This document shows positions 45,966 to 58,481 of a stretch of DNA of 64,000 nt, one piece after another (position 1 is the first letter of the stretch; each line of letters starts with the position of its first letter). Position numbers and translations under genes: made by a program. The notes beneath the pieces are model-generated. The model was not told the DNA's origin, ran no database searches, and saw only the letters and a program-made list of their open reading frames with translations. Source of the DNA: Albugo candida (Eukaryota); contig JBDOQK010000039.1 in assembly GCA_040437565.1 (NCBI GenBank), positions 248,001 to 312,000 on the forward strand. The letters run 5' to 3'.

Positions 45966-47633
45966 TCATGATTCGAAAGCGTTTGTCGGTGAATTTGCGA
46001 CAGAGATCCCTCGCTCGGTGACTGAATATCGCCAAGATTATTCAAGAATGCGACCTGCTAAGTGCGGACTTACTCGCGTAATAAATCGGGTTTGATGATG
46101 GAACTGCGTTGGATTTGATGAGATGAAGCGCCCGTGTAGAAGACTAGGGAATGTGAGCGACATTGTAATTATGACAATAAACGATCGACGTACATCTTCC
46201 GTGAGGTAGAGTCGTGCTGCTATTGCGTGAGACCAGCTGTCACCTGCATTCGACAATGAGATTGTGGCTCCATTTGATCAGTAGACGTCACCTAAGGCCG
46301 GTATTTCCAACCCATTTTTCGTGTCAAAAGGAACGGAAAGAAGGCGATGATCACCATAATATTTCGTCGTTATGTAATTGACGATAAAGACCTTCATGCA
46401 AGAGAGTAAGCGCATTAACCAGAGCACGAAATCACGTGTATCATGCCACAATTCGAAACTCGCGGGCGAGCTCATGTAATTTCATTGCTATCGTTTCGGT
46501 GGCACGAGCACGCGCTCCTGGATCTTCAAATGAGTGCCGGAGATGGAAAGCCAGACTATCAATCACAAGCGTGCATATCTGAAGCATAAAACCGTTTACA
46601 TCAAGAAAGACTGAAAATGGCAACCTCTTGCCTTTGTATCTTCTCGCAATACATTGGAAAGAGACTGAAGCACCTGCATTTGCTCCACATAGTCGTGAAC
46701 ACGGTAGTAATCGATGCTTTTCAATATATCGTCGCGAGTCTTTTGATGGACAAATGTGAATTGGCTGATATGCTGCTTCAACGACATCTTTACTCACACT
46801 TATCTCCTCACCAGGTAATCTGAAGTCCTCTACAAAGTGTGCTGCCATTTGTGCGACACGTTCGATCACAAAGCTACCTTCCGAGTCTTCCGGAAACCTC
46901 TCAGCATCACAATATAATTCGTGAGAACCGTTTTACCTATGTAAATCGACCGGCCGTTGGATGGAACACTCGACGCCAAACACATGTGAATCCTAGCAAG
47001 TCGATCAGAAGCGTTCTCATTCATACATTGTACTCGGACAACGCACGCAAATTGTGTTTTTCCGAGTCCTGGACCTCCACCTTCACGACAGTAGTTTGAA
47101 ACAAAGCTTTACGATACCGCTTCTAATTCACGCACATATTTCAGTTACTTCTCCACGAGTAAGACCTCCGCCCAAAAGACCATCAAGCCCTGGCAGTCGT
47201 GTGGGCATTTTCGGTATTTTTGCTGCTTCCTATGAAATTGGTCAATGTCACTTGCATGGTCAAACACCGACACGCGATGTAACCTGCAATAGTTCGTGTG
47301 CAGTTTGGCCAATTGGTTGGCTCGCCTTGGCCAATTCATCTCGCAGCTTATCGAGGCATAATAGAACCTGAGCAGCTTCCCTGGAGGTTAAACCTGCCTC
47401 TATAGTCTAATTGGTAAAATCTGCGACGGCTCTGAAGGGATCTGTCAAACCATTGCAGAGTTCTCGCGTAGTGATACCGTCGAGGTCTTTTGCGGTACGG
47501 AATCCAGCCTGGATCAGTGACTCTATAGTTCCGCATAGATATTGTTTCAGTGCATTGTCATCGCAAGAGTCGAAATACTTTGCAGCGAAGGCGCGAGATC
47601 GAAAAGCATGAGAGAGATATCGTTCGCATGCAT
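45966..47633 (-). CDS. RAD51C: RAD51 paralogue RAD51C, about 12 short exons
   Basis: Spliced: MHANDISLMLFDLAPSLQKSLIQAGFRTA...LDGLLGGGLTRGEVTEICGGPGLGKTQ...IYIDSEGSFVIER...YYRVHDYVEQ...LVIDSLAFHLRH...VNYITTK...PALGDSWSHA...YAITERGI. Confidence 0.88.
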
Positions 47634-50600
47634 AGTGATTGGCAAATATCTGTACAATGGACACGTACACTATGCTTTCATTTGATTTTAGTGACGAATC
47701 AAGGCAGATAACAAGGCTGTATAGTATCATCATCTTGAATCTTCTCTAATCGTGTGCTTGGTCAAGCCACAACTGCACATGATCGCAGAGGAACAAGGTA
47801 CGCTGGGAGCGATCTGGAACAGAGATCTCTATAAATGAAGTACGCGCAGCCTTGATAACAACGTCATCGTCGATATCGGTCTCGATCTGAGCTACGTGGA
47901 TGTGTGCGACCCAAAAACACTCCATACGACAGCGCTTTTATCCGCCTTAGCCGCATTGCTCAACAGATTCTTCGTGTAAAGCTTCGATCTAAAAACTGAT
48001 TTGGCTTGAACATTCCAAGCACAGATGAAAGGAGACATGGAAGTAAGCAATAGTTTAAACGAAATACGTGAATAATCATTGGTGTTATGACGACTGAAGG
48101 GATAAGGATGTACTCAAGTGATGTACTTTTGCTCGACGAAGTGACACCTGCATTTTCTAAAAGTTCCCTTCTCGGCTAAAACGTCTGTGTCTCATTATTG
48201 GAGAATGAGAGGGAGAATTTACGCGGCTCTCTATCAATTGAGATCGTTTGCCCTTTAATCGAAAATTAGTAAGCTTGTTGTGTAGGATAGACCATAATGC
48301 TCGGTGACACGTCCTCAGACACTATGATTTTGTGATGCGGTATCGAGAATCGTAAAACTTGTAACGATGGCGCTATACTTTTCTTGAAATATCGCTAGGC
48401 TATGCCCTCCACAATAGCTATCATTTCTCTCTTTTACATTTTCGGAATCAATCGACCGCGACTTCTACATCGAGTGGTGGAGATTGGATCGTGGTCTGAT
48501 ACCTGTCAACAGCAAACGCAGCATGCATTCGCGATCCTGGCCTCGAGTGACCACAATCGAGATCTTTATTGCGAGAACTGAACTGCAAGAGAGAGTCTAC
48601 ATCGATGATAAATGTTTTCTAGAGCGATTCGGACCCACTCGTCTTTTCTGCTCCAAATTTCTACAGCAAAATTGCGTGGGATTGTCAAATGAGAACAACG
48701 CTATTCGTGAAGTCTTCCGAGTTTCTCAAAAGATAGACTTTGGCGAAATTATGCTTTTAACGACTGTAACTGCGTTTGCAATCGACGATTGAGGCTGGTT
48801 GCGAAGCAAATTACTGTATAGAAGTGGCTGTGTACACGGTCGTTTGAGAGAAGAAACCATCGTTATCAATACTGGCGGATCGAGCGCAGCCAAAACGCCG
48901 CTTTATCAGGTACGTCGACATAGGCGCTTCCTGGGCAATTATAAATAACACATGTCTGCAAGCGTTTACCGATTGAGATGAATGTCTCATGCAGGTCCAT
49001 CAATTCAAAATGCACTAAAAATACTGTGCATTTTTCGCTATTTTGACCTGAACCTGAAGCGATAAAGCGAGACAATTGATAAAGTATCAATTGTTTGGCT
49101 ATAGGGGGAAGAAGAATACTCCGCAGCTGTGTTTACCTTATAAAATTCTTGTCAAAGGAGAATTGTCACATGAGCTCCCTACATCATCCGCTACTTTCTA
49201 TTTCATATCTTCTTCTCGCTACGCTGAGACCCAGGTATAAAATTGACAGTCTAACTCGAGGAAATGTACAGTATCTCTTCTCTCCCTTTAAAGCCAGATC
49301 GCGCTGTTGCACCATTTTCAGAATACAGAGCGCAGACAACAAGACGATAAATCGAGGTTAGGCGAATTCTGAATGGAGTTGGATCCATTACATTCACAAG
49401 CGTAATGGAATCAAACTGCTGCTGAAATTATCTGGAATGACAGAGATAGTCGAGATTTGTATCCAATGGTCGGCACCATCAGCTTCTTACGTCTCATGAG
49501 TCCCATACCTGCTATACATTGGAATCTCCAAGGTGCGTGAATGAGGTAGAAATGGATATATCGATGCTAAATCATGGTTTGTAAAACAAAGTGTTGTAAT
49601 TCAAAAAAAGATCTACCTCGTCGCGTATTTTCCAGCTCAAGGCTAGGCTGATGACTTGAGACGGATAGAATATCTCCTCTCGCGTTCTCGGCATGTGAGG
49701 CAATAGAAGACACAAAAACACTTTCTGCTTCTTGCGATGTAAATTAGTCAAGCTTTTGCAGAGCGCTTAATTGAATGAAGACATCAATAAATAAAGCCAG
49801 CACAAAAGAGCCGTATGTAGCGATTTGAGCATCTATCAACACAGCCTCATGAACTCGGATTACAAATACACATAGAGTCCACAAAACTAGAGTTGGGATG
49901 AAATTGTAGTCCCACTATATCTGGAAAGGTTACAATTCTAAACAATAATGGAACAACCAATTCGCTTCTAAGTCTAGTCAAAATGGAAGTTTATGTAGAA
50001 ACCATGGTCACATTGTATTCCGCAACAGGATCTTCGATTCACAATCTCGAAGACTGGATACACGAGCAGTTGGTGTACTGTACTTTTACTCATCGTGTTG
50101 TCGACACAAACTACACAAGTGTAGCTTTATATTAAGGGGTCAGGTGGCACGTGGCAGGTGTCCTGGGGGGAGACAATCGAGCGATACGTCAAGTGCTATT
50201 GCCGTCAAATTGTTGTAAGAGATCAGTTCTGCACTGAGCATTCATTAAAGTTAGGAGTTCTTATCCCATCTTTTCATTTACTCTCCGACTTACAACTGAA
50301 GAATGTCATGCCTTTGTGGAACCGAAGAATATGCTCATATCGTTCTATGCTGATGGAGTATACACATTTAGACTCAAACAGGGCATAAGTAACATATTTG
50401 CGTTAGACGGTGACAGAAAGCAATACTTGGAGCTTTTTGCAAGTCGAATTCTTTTCAGTCAAGTTGGCAATTACGATACTGAAGTGGTGAAACATACAGT
50501 TGCAGAAACATGGATCCTTAGCCAACCCTTCGATGGCGATGGAGGTGTGTTGAAAAAAAATGGATTTAAAGTAATGTTTTTCTTTTTAAAGCCGATTTGG

Positions 50601-51421
50601 GAACAGGAGCTGCGAAAGGAACTTTTACCGCGAGATAGACCAATTGGGACTATTCAGCGCTCAACAAGTAGTCTCCGTGTCAGCAGAACAACATCCTTTA
50701 GGTACAATGGTGAGAGTTCTGACGCAACGTTCATGAGTAGCCAGAGANNNNNNNNNNNNNNNNNNNNNNNNNNNNNNNNNNNNNNNNNNNNNNNNNNNNN
50801 NNNNNNNNNNNNNNNNNNNNNNNNNNNNNNNNNNNNNNNNNNNNNNNGATGCATACGTATCCTGCTGAGATTACCCCGTTTTTGGTTGCCTGGTGCAATT
50901 ATACGATCACACAGTCATGCTGCATATGTTGATCTGGCTTGTAGCAGAGTCATTGCTGGATACGTGAAGCTGGCTTGTTTGTGGGCTACCTAGAATGGTA
51001 TCTAGAATACTTGAATCTGCTGAATACCACCTCAAAACTCTTTGCTCAAGTCTGAACGAGCTCCACATCCAATTCCGTATCCACCCACACGTCCATATCC
51101 ATGCCCAGCTCCAGCTCCCACAATTGCTGCAACCGAAGTGCACTTACACTGAGTACCAACGAGATTGATTCAGCTTACTTTGTCTTGTTGCCACAAGTAT
51201 GTGAACCATCGAGAAAGGTCTTGCACAGGTAGCTCTCAACGTAAGAGAGGCGGCATATAGCATGTGTATCTTTATCTAACTAGCTTGATCATGTACCAGC
51301 TTTAGTTCCATGGAGAAACATGAAGTGTAGTGAGAAATCATTATATTACAATATTAATCAATTGCGAATTAGCAGCGTATGCACACAGCATACCTCGAGT
51401 TTCAGTGAGTAGCGTCTCTAT

Positions 51422-51717
51422 TGTTAGGCGATACGGTTTCTGACAGGTAGTCAGGAGTTGAGTTTCAACTGGAAGACCCATTACAGGTAAATTCCGACCT
51501 TGCCTGAACGGCTGTTTGTTGGCAACAGGATAGATGAGGCGAGGAGAGGGGGTCACCACGTGGGATCAGACGGGCGTCATGTGAAACCTCACATTCTCAA
51601 GCTTCTAATGCCGTTGCACATCCATGTTGTGATGTTGACAAACAAGGCCAATGCTAAATACATTTTACTTTTATTTCTTCCTCCATTGCATGAACAACAA
51701 TTTGAATACATTCAGCA
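51422..51717 (+). repeat. 5' LTR of copia element
   Basis: Starts TGTTAGG, ends CA immediately before the PBS; aligns with 53828-54100. Confidence 0.85.
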
Positions 51718-52107
51718 GGTTATGAGCCCAAAGAACGTGTCGTCGGCGCAGCTTGTCAAGCTACACCCGCTGTTGTGTTCGATAGTTAGGATACGACAAA
51801 TGACCAAGAATTGGAAGAAAAGTCGGCAGTGCCCGCGGCGGTACTGGTCAAGATGCTCGCCATGCTTGGTGACTTGTCGGTGTAGGATGGAATTCTCGCG
51901 GGCCGGACAAGCACAACAACATCGCAAGGAACCAGCGGAGTCAAGCACTTTTGTTTCGGTTTTGGGATCAGCGGCAGGTATTATCCGCAGACTTTGAAGG
52001 ATACCCTCTTCCAACCGTTCGCCAAATAGTTCGCCAAATTTATCGTCGGCCACCTACTTTGGTGCTCGACCACCAGTTTATGCTGGAAATATGGCTGACC
52101 CACCGGC

Positions 52108-52599
52108 TCAGGTGGATGGTAACTATGGAATGGGTCAGAGACCTGAGTGAGCCTTCATGGACAGGGTGCACATGCAGGAGTGTACCCAGGTATGCGTACA
52201 TCAGGTCCTAGTTATTACCAACCTGGGCACCCGAAGGCGCACCGGATCCTCGCCAACGAAATTGGCACTGCATCCTTTCGACGGAAAGAAACTCACTCTA
52301 TCGNNNNNNNNNNNNNNNNNNNNNNNNNNNNNNNNNNNNNNNNNNNNNNNNNNNNNNNNNNNNNNNNNNNNNNNNNNNNNNNNNNNNNNNNNNNNNNNNN
52401 NNNTCAGGTGGATGGTAACTATGGAATGGGTCAGAGACCTGAGTGAGCCTTCATGGACAGGGTGCACATGCAGGAGTGTACCCAGGTATGCGTACATCAG
52501 GTCCTAGTTATTACCAACCTGGGCACCCGAAGGCGCACCGGATCCTCGCCAACGAAATTGGCACTGCATCCTTTCGACGGAAAGAAACTCACTCTATCG
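52108..52599. repeat. Gap-flanking duplication 52108-52303 = 52404-52599 (196 bp)
   Basis: Same sequence across 100-N gap 52304-52403. Confidence 0.9.
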
Positions 52600-53827
52600 T
52601 GGACTTGGTAGTGGGTTTATTGGATGGGGAAAAGAATTTTTGCGACAAGTTGGTTTCTCCCTGATTTTGAGTGTCCTGAAGACATCAAGGTTGATGTTCT
52701 TTGGTCAACACCTTGCAGGAATTGCACAGAAGTATTGTAGTCGGCCGGTGGAAACTTGGTGGACTGAGAGTCAGACCTTGAAGCCTGCTGTGCAAAGATT
52801 GCTCCAAAGTTTCTCTACCAAGAGAACGCCTGCATAGAGCATGAAGCTGTTTATTGCGCCCAAGTCATCACAGCGTAGCTGGAAAGAAATTTTTTTGTTC
52901 CTGACAGCTGTGAGTGACGTATCCGGAGACGAGGAAAACCATGTCTTGAACAACATGGTCCACTATGCTGATACAACAATGCATGGGAAAGACCTTATCG
53001 TCACTTGGGAAAAGGATGCGTGTTGTTTGCTCTTCGCTTTCAAAGGATGCGATGCGCACGACGATGTTGTCCGGTTTGGACCGGAATAGGGTTGACTACC
53101 TACGAAAGGCTGAAGAGCTCGGCCAATTTGCACAATCACGGAGTTCGACGTTCGAGTCAACCATTTACCAAATATAGAGCTATCTGGTCGCGGGGAAGCT
53201 AGTTAGAGGACTTTTGCCATTACAGCTGTAGAGTGGATGTTACGATTCTTAGATGTATGGATCGAATCCTGACAGATTACTATCACTTGCCTGGTTGTTT
53301 ATCTCACTCCGGAGCTTTCGTTGCGTCAATATGTTCCAAGATGCCTATCTTCTCGATTTCAAAGTTAAAACTGTGTTTTGGCGCTTTCCTGAAATGCACC
53401 GTCTTCTCTGATTACGCTGAGAAAAGGTCGTGAGTCTTGCCATGATACATGCATTAGATACTTCTTAGTGCGTCTGCTGAATATCATGTATCTTTTTCTC
53501 ATTCCGTTCACGCATAGGCACGAGCGTCTCTTCCACTTTCTCTATAAACACGTCATCGCACACGAGGGTTATTCGTCGAGCGATGATGGCCGACTTGCAG
53601 ACAAAGTCGTTTCCTACACCAAGATTTCTACCGCGAGCGCGAAACATGTCGACATTCGTTTCAAATTCATCTGTCACTACGCTCAAGCTAGAGTCGTGCA
53701 GCCAAGCTTTTTCAAGTCTAATGATACGATGACGTATCTGCTGACTAAGGCACTACCAGCGCCAAGGATCTCGTGCCTGCTTGGGGTGTATAAGTTAAAG
53801 CTGATCCAAGATGACGTCGAGGAGGAG

Positions 53828-54100
53828 TGTTAGACGATACCGTTTTATGACAAGTCGTCAAGGGCTTAAGTTTCAACTGAAAGACCCATCACAGGTAAAG
53901 TTCTACCTTACCTGGACGCTATTTGGTGACAACATGACAGATAGGGTGAGAAGAGACGGGCCCTACGTGGGACCAGACGGACGTCATGTGAAAATTGACA
54001 AGTTGCATGTTGTAGTGCTGACAAAAAAGGTTACTGCTAAATATTTTTTACTTTTCTTTCTGCCTCTATTGCAACAAGCGCATGTCGCATACATTCAACA
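53828..54100 (+). repeat. 3' LTR of copia element
   Basis: Preceded by the polypurine tract; TGTT...AACA terminal inverted repeat; homologous to 51422-51717 with many substitutions and an internal indel. Confidence 0.85.
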
Positions 54101-55204
54101 TATGTCTCTTGCAGGAATTCTTCGAGCTCCAAGATATCAGCCTCCTCATCCTCATACTCCACCAACGAACGGTTTCAGCGTCTTCCGCGTCCATCGCAAG
54201 GCCTTCTTCAATTTCTCGAAACGCTTCGACCTGCTTCATATGTTCGTCAATCGCCACATCCAGTTGTGCGATAAGATTCGCACTCCATAGCTCGAAACCT
54301 AATTCGGGCAGGATCGTGATCTTCGTCGTGTCAACAGGTTCCTTGGGTGACACCGGTCCGACGCAAACTATCGCTTTAGCGGACCCGTTCATGTGTGTTG
54401 ATCCGGACCATAATTTGATGGTCTTCGTCACCGAGTGGAGTAGACGCGCGACCATAGAAATGGTTTCTTGCGCTAGTTTTGTCAACTATCCAATATGTTG
54501 CTTGGTTAAAAATGAGCCTGATTCTGTCGGAAGGACGAGGACACACCAGGTNNNNNNNNNNNNNNNNNNNNNNNNNNNNNNNNNNNNNNNNNNNNNNNNN
54601 NNNNNNNNNNNNNNNNNNNNNNNNNNNNNNNNNNNNNNNNNNNNNNNNNNNCAAGTTGCATGTTGTAGTGCTGACAAAAAAGGTTACTGCTAAATATTTT
54701 TTACTTTTCTTTCTGCCTCTATTGCAACAAGCGCATGTCGCATACATTCAACATATGTCTCTTGCAGGAATTCTTCGAGCTCCAAGATATCAGCCTCCTC
54801 ATCCTCATACTCCACCAACGAACGGTTTCAGCGTCTTCCGCGTCCATCGCAAGGCCTTCTTCAATTTCTCGAAACGCTTCGACCTGCTTCATATGTTCGT
54901 CAATCGCCACATCCAGTTGTGCGATAAGATTCGCACTCCATAGCTCGAAACCTAATTCGGGCAGGATCGTGATCTTCGTCGTGTCAACAGGTTCCTTGGG
55001 TGACACCGGTCCGACGCAAACTATCGCTTTAGCGGACCCGTTCATGTGTGTTGATCCGGACCATAATTTGATGGTCTTCGTCACCGAGTGGAGTAGACGC
55101 GCGACCATAGAAATGGTTTCTTGCGCTAGTTTTGTCAACTATCCAATATGTTGCTTGGTTAAAAATGAGCCTGATTCTGTCGGAAGGACGAGGACACACC
55201 AGGT
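53999..55204. repeat. Gap-flanking duplication 53999-54551 = 54652-55204 (553 bp)
   Basis: Same sequence across 100-N gap 54552-54651. Confidence 0.9.
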
Positions 55205-55633
55205 CATTTTCCTTCATCTCCATGCTTAGAGACCAGGATTCCATACCAACTTCTGATGGCTTCCTGAAATGTACGTCCCTTTCTCATCACCATATATGGT
55301 AAACTTTGATGGGCTTGCAAATCATATTATGGAATGTACTCCGCCTTTATCTTTCCAGCAAGAGATAGTGTGTTCCATGATATGATACAGAAGATCCTCA
55401 CGTTATATGCCATATCATCGGACACACTATGTCTAGTTGTTAAAATATAGGCAGAGTACGTATTATATTATGGTATAAGCAAATAGAGCGAATGCAGTAT
55501 GCGCTAGTGTAGAACATTACAGAATTGGAAAGTTAGCGTTACGAACGCAATTAATAAAGCACCCGACATTCTTTATTTTTCATACCGAAAGCTTCGTTTC
55601 ATGTTATGTAACAGCTAAATAGAAATGAAAATC

Positions 55634-58411
55634 TTAGGATTTTTGTGACGTAAAAAAGCAAGTGCAACATCTTCGTTCAGTTTTTCCTCCGCTGCTTCAT
55701 TGCCTTCCTAAAATACGTGGTCATACAAAGTTTTCACGATCGACACATACTGTACATAGGTGGTACCTCTTCCAATATTACAAGTGTTGGATCGAATTCA
55801 GTTTTGACGCTCTGATTAGAGCCAAAAGATGAGAAGAATTGGCAGCGCTCTTCCATAAATACGCGCATTTTGATTCCATAATCTCGCAACTACAGAGATC
55901 TCCTGAGAAGAGTACGCTTTCCGGAGGAAATTCAAGTTGTACCTTGAAGTCAAGGCTTTTGTTTTCCAGCAATTCAAAGAACGATGCCAAAATAATTCGA
56001 AGAAAATTCCCGTCTGTCAATTCGCTGGTAAAAAAATCTTCTGGAACCTATTCTTACCCATTAGGTGACGAAATATGCTGGTCTATATGATAGAGCTTCT
56101 AAACCTTTTGAAGTTGCGCGAAGAGAACCCTGCAAAATGCCTTAAATAGCGAGACATGCGTCTCGAGTGCGCTTTCACATGAGCACATTAGCGTCAAGAT
56201 CTGAATCATATAGAATTAACGGTTTGATGTGAAGAGCATCAGCACACCTCTCGCCATTGATTGAATGCCGCAAAAGATGATAGCTGTAAGAAAATCAGAA
56301 ACGATAGCTGTAATTCGCCAAGCAACTCGAATCCGTTCCCCCCAAATTTTTGCTCAATCACCTCTAACAACATGGTACTGAAATACACCACGTAACAAAT
56401 CAGGATCTTGAGACTACATGACTCAATCAAGTAACACTACCTTCGATCCATGTAGTACGAGGTACATTCCTTTCCTGCCAGACCCGCTTTTCGGATCGAT
56501 ATGCGCGTAAATGATGGTGTATTTGGAGATGATTGAGATGCACCATCAGTGTCGACCTCAGTTGATGGTGGGCTGAGAGACTGCGAACGATTTGGCGTAG
56601 AGTCTCCAGGTAAAATTATCATGTCAGGCACAATTTCGCATCGCTGGAGATTCAAAACAACATCAGGCACCATCCTGAAAGTGAAATCATAAGATGGTTT
56701 TACTTTCAGAACAGACAATGTGATATATTTGGACAGCTGTTGCCATGTTCTGTAGTGATTGTGTGGATACGGTCCGAGCTTACCATCCAGTTGGAATGTT
56801 CTAGCAGCCTCTACGCACATTATAGTATCTATGCAACTGAGATATAGTTCGGAAATGAGTGCACACCTTCTAAATACTGCTTGTTCACCATGTCGGATGG
56901 AGTAGAAAGTTCTTCGTTCTCTGGTATCCATGCTTTGACAACGACTTGCCTCGGGGAAGTAATGTTCATAAAAAATGCTTTTCGAAAACCATATTCATCT
57001 TCTTTCGNNNNNNNNNNNNNNNNNNNNNNNNNNNNNNNNNNNNNNNNNNNNNNNNNNNNNNNNNNNNNNNNNNNNNNNNNNNNNNNNNNNNNNNNNNNNN
57101 NNNNNNNCAAGTTGTACCTTGAAGTCAAGGCTTTTGTTTTCCAGCAATTCAAAGAACGATGCCAAAATAATTCGAAGAAAATTCCCGTCTGTCAATTCGC
57201 TGGTAAAAAAATCTTCTGGAACCTATTCTTACCCATTAGGTGACGAAATATGCTGGTCTATATGATAGAGCTTCTAAACCTTTTGAAGTTGCGCGAAGAG
57301 AACCCTGCAAAATGCCTTAAATAGCGAGACATGCGTCTCGAGTGCGCTTTCACATGAGCACATTAGCGTCAAGATCTGAATCATATAGAATTAACGGTTT
57401 GATGTGAAGAGCATCAGCACACCTCTCGCCATTGATTGAATGCCGCAAAAGATGATAGCTGTAAGAAAATCAGAAACGATAGCTGTAATTCGCCAAGCAA
57501 CTCGAATCCGTTCCCCCCAAATTTTTGCTCAATCACCTCTAACAACATGGTACTGAAATACACCACGTAACAAATCAGGATCTTGAGACTACATGACTCA
57601 ATCAAGTAACACTACCTTCGATCCATGTAGTACGAGGTACATTCCTTTCCTGCCAGATCCGCTTTTCGGATCGATATGCGCGTAAATGATGGTGTATTTG
57701 GAGATGATTGAGATGCACCATCAGTGTCGACCTCAGTTGATGGTGGGCTGAGAGACTGCGAACGATTTGGCGTAGAGTCTCCAGGTAAAATTATCATGTC
57801 AGGCACAATTTCGCATCGCTGGAGATTCAAAACAACATCAGGCACCATCCTGAAAGTGAAATCATAAGATGGTTTTACTTTCAGAACAGACAATGTGATA
57901 TATTTGGACAGCTGTTGCCATGTTCTGTAGTGATTGTGTGGATACGGTCCGAGCTTACCATCCAGTTGGAATGTTCTAGCAGCCTCTACGCACATTATAG
58001 TATCTATGCAACTGAGATATAGTTCGGAAATGAGTGCACACCTTCTAAATACTGCTTGTTCACCATGTCGGATGGAGTAGAAAGTTCTTCGTTCTCTGGT
58101 ATCCATGCTTTGACAACGACTTGCCTCGGGGAAGTAATGTTCATAAAAAATGCTTTTCGAAAACCATATTCATCTTCTTTCGGTCGAAAGATGACTAAAT
58201 GAAGACCTACTGGAATGAATTTCATACCCTGGAACTGTGGACCAGTCCGAAAAATCTCATAATCGACACCAAATTCGGTGCAAAGAGGGACATCCAGGCA
58301 GATTAGGAAGCCACTAGCGGAATCAGAGCTTGCATTTCTGTTCGTCTGTTTGGTATCGCTAAGTGTGGATGTGTACTGACACTTGAAACAATCAGCAAGT
58401 GCGCTACTCAT
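55634..58411 (-). CDS. AAR2: U5 snRNP assembly factor AAR2, multi-exon (split and partly duplicated by an assembly overlap; 3' end approximate)
   Basis: LDVPLCTEFGVDYEIFRTGPQFQGMKFIPVGLH, LDGKLGPYP...WQQLSKYIT, LLGELQLSFLIFL...AFNQW, VPEDFF...NFL. Confidence 0.9.
55933..58182. repeat. Gap-flanking duplication 55933-57007 = 57108-58182 (1075 bp)
   Basis: Offset 1175 across gap 57008-57107; one substitution seen (C56483/T57658, Gly/Asp). Confidence 0.9.
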
Positions 58412-58481
58412 CGGCGCTCTTTTTTATATTATACTTATGTTGACACATTGTCAAAAGTACAAACATCCAATCACATTACAA

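Larger units (their letters stand above)
51422..54100 (+). mobile_element. Decayed, internally deleted Ty1/copia LTR retrotransposon
   Basis: 5' LTR 51422-51717 (TGTT...CA), PBS GGTTATGAGCCCA 51718-51730, gag remnant at about 52690-52970 (SMKLFIAPK..RSWKEIFLFLTAVSD...VLNNMVHYA, with stops), RNase H end AKHVDIRFKF...LLTKALPAP, PPT GAGGAGGAG, 3' LTR 53828-54100 (TGTT...AACA). Confidence 0.88.

Noticed and set aside
51500..54290. ORFs 51500-51997 and 53811-54290 as a paralogous protein pair
   Set aside because: Their similarity (VGxDGRHVK, AKYxLL) simply reflects translation of the two LTRs
56239..57007. Tandem AAR2 duplication
   Set aside because: Overlap artefact; merging the two sides gives a single complete gene
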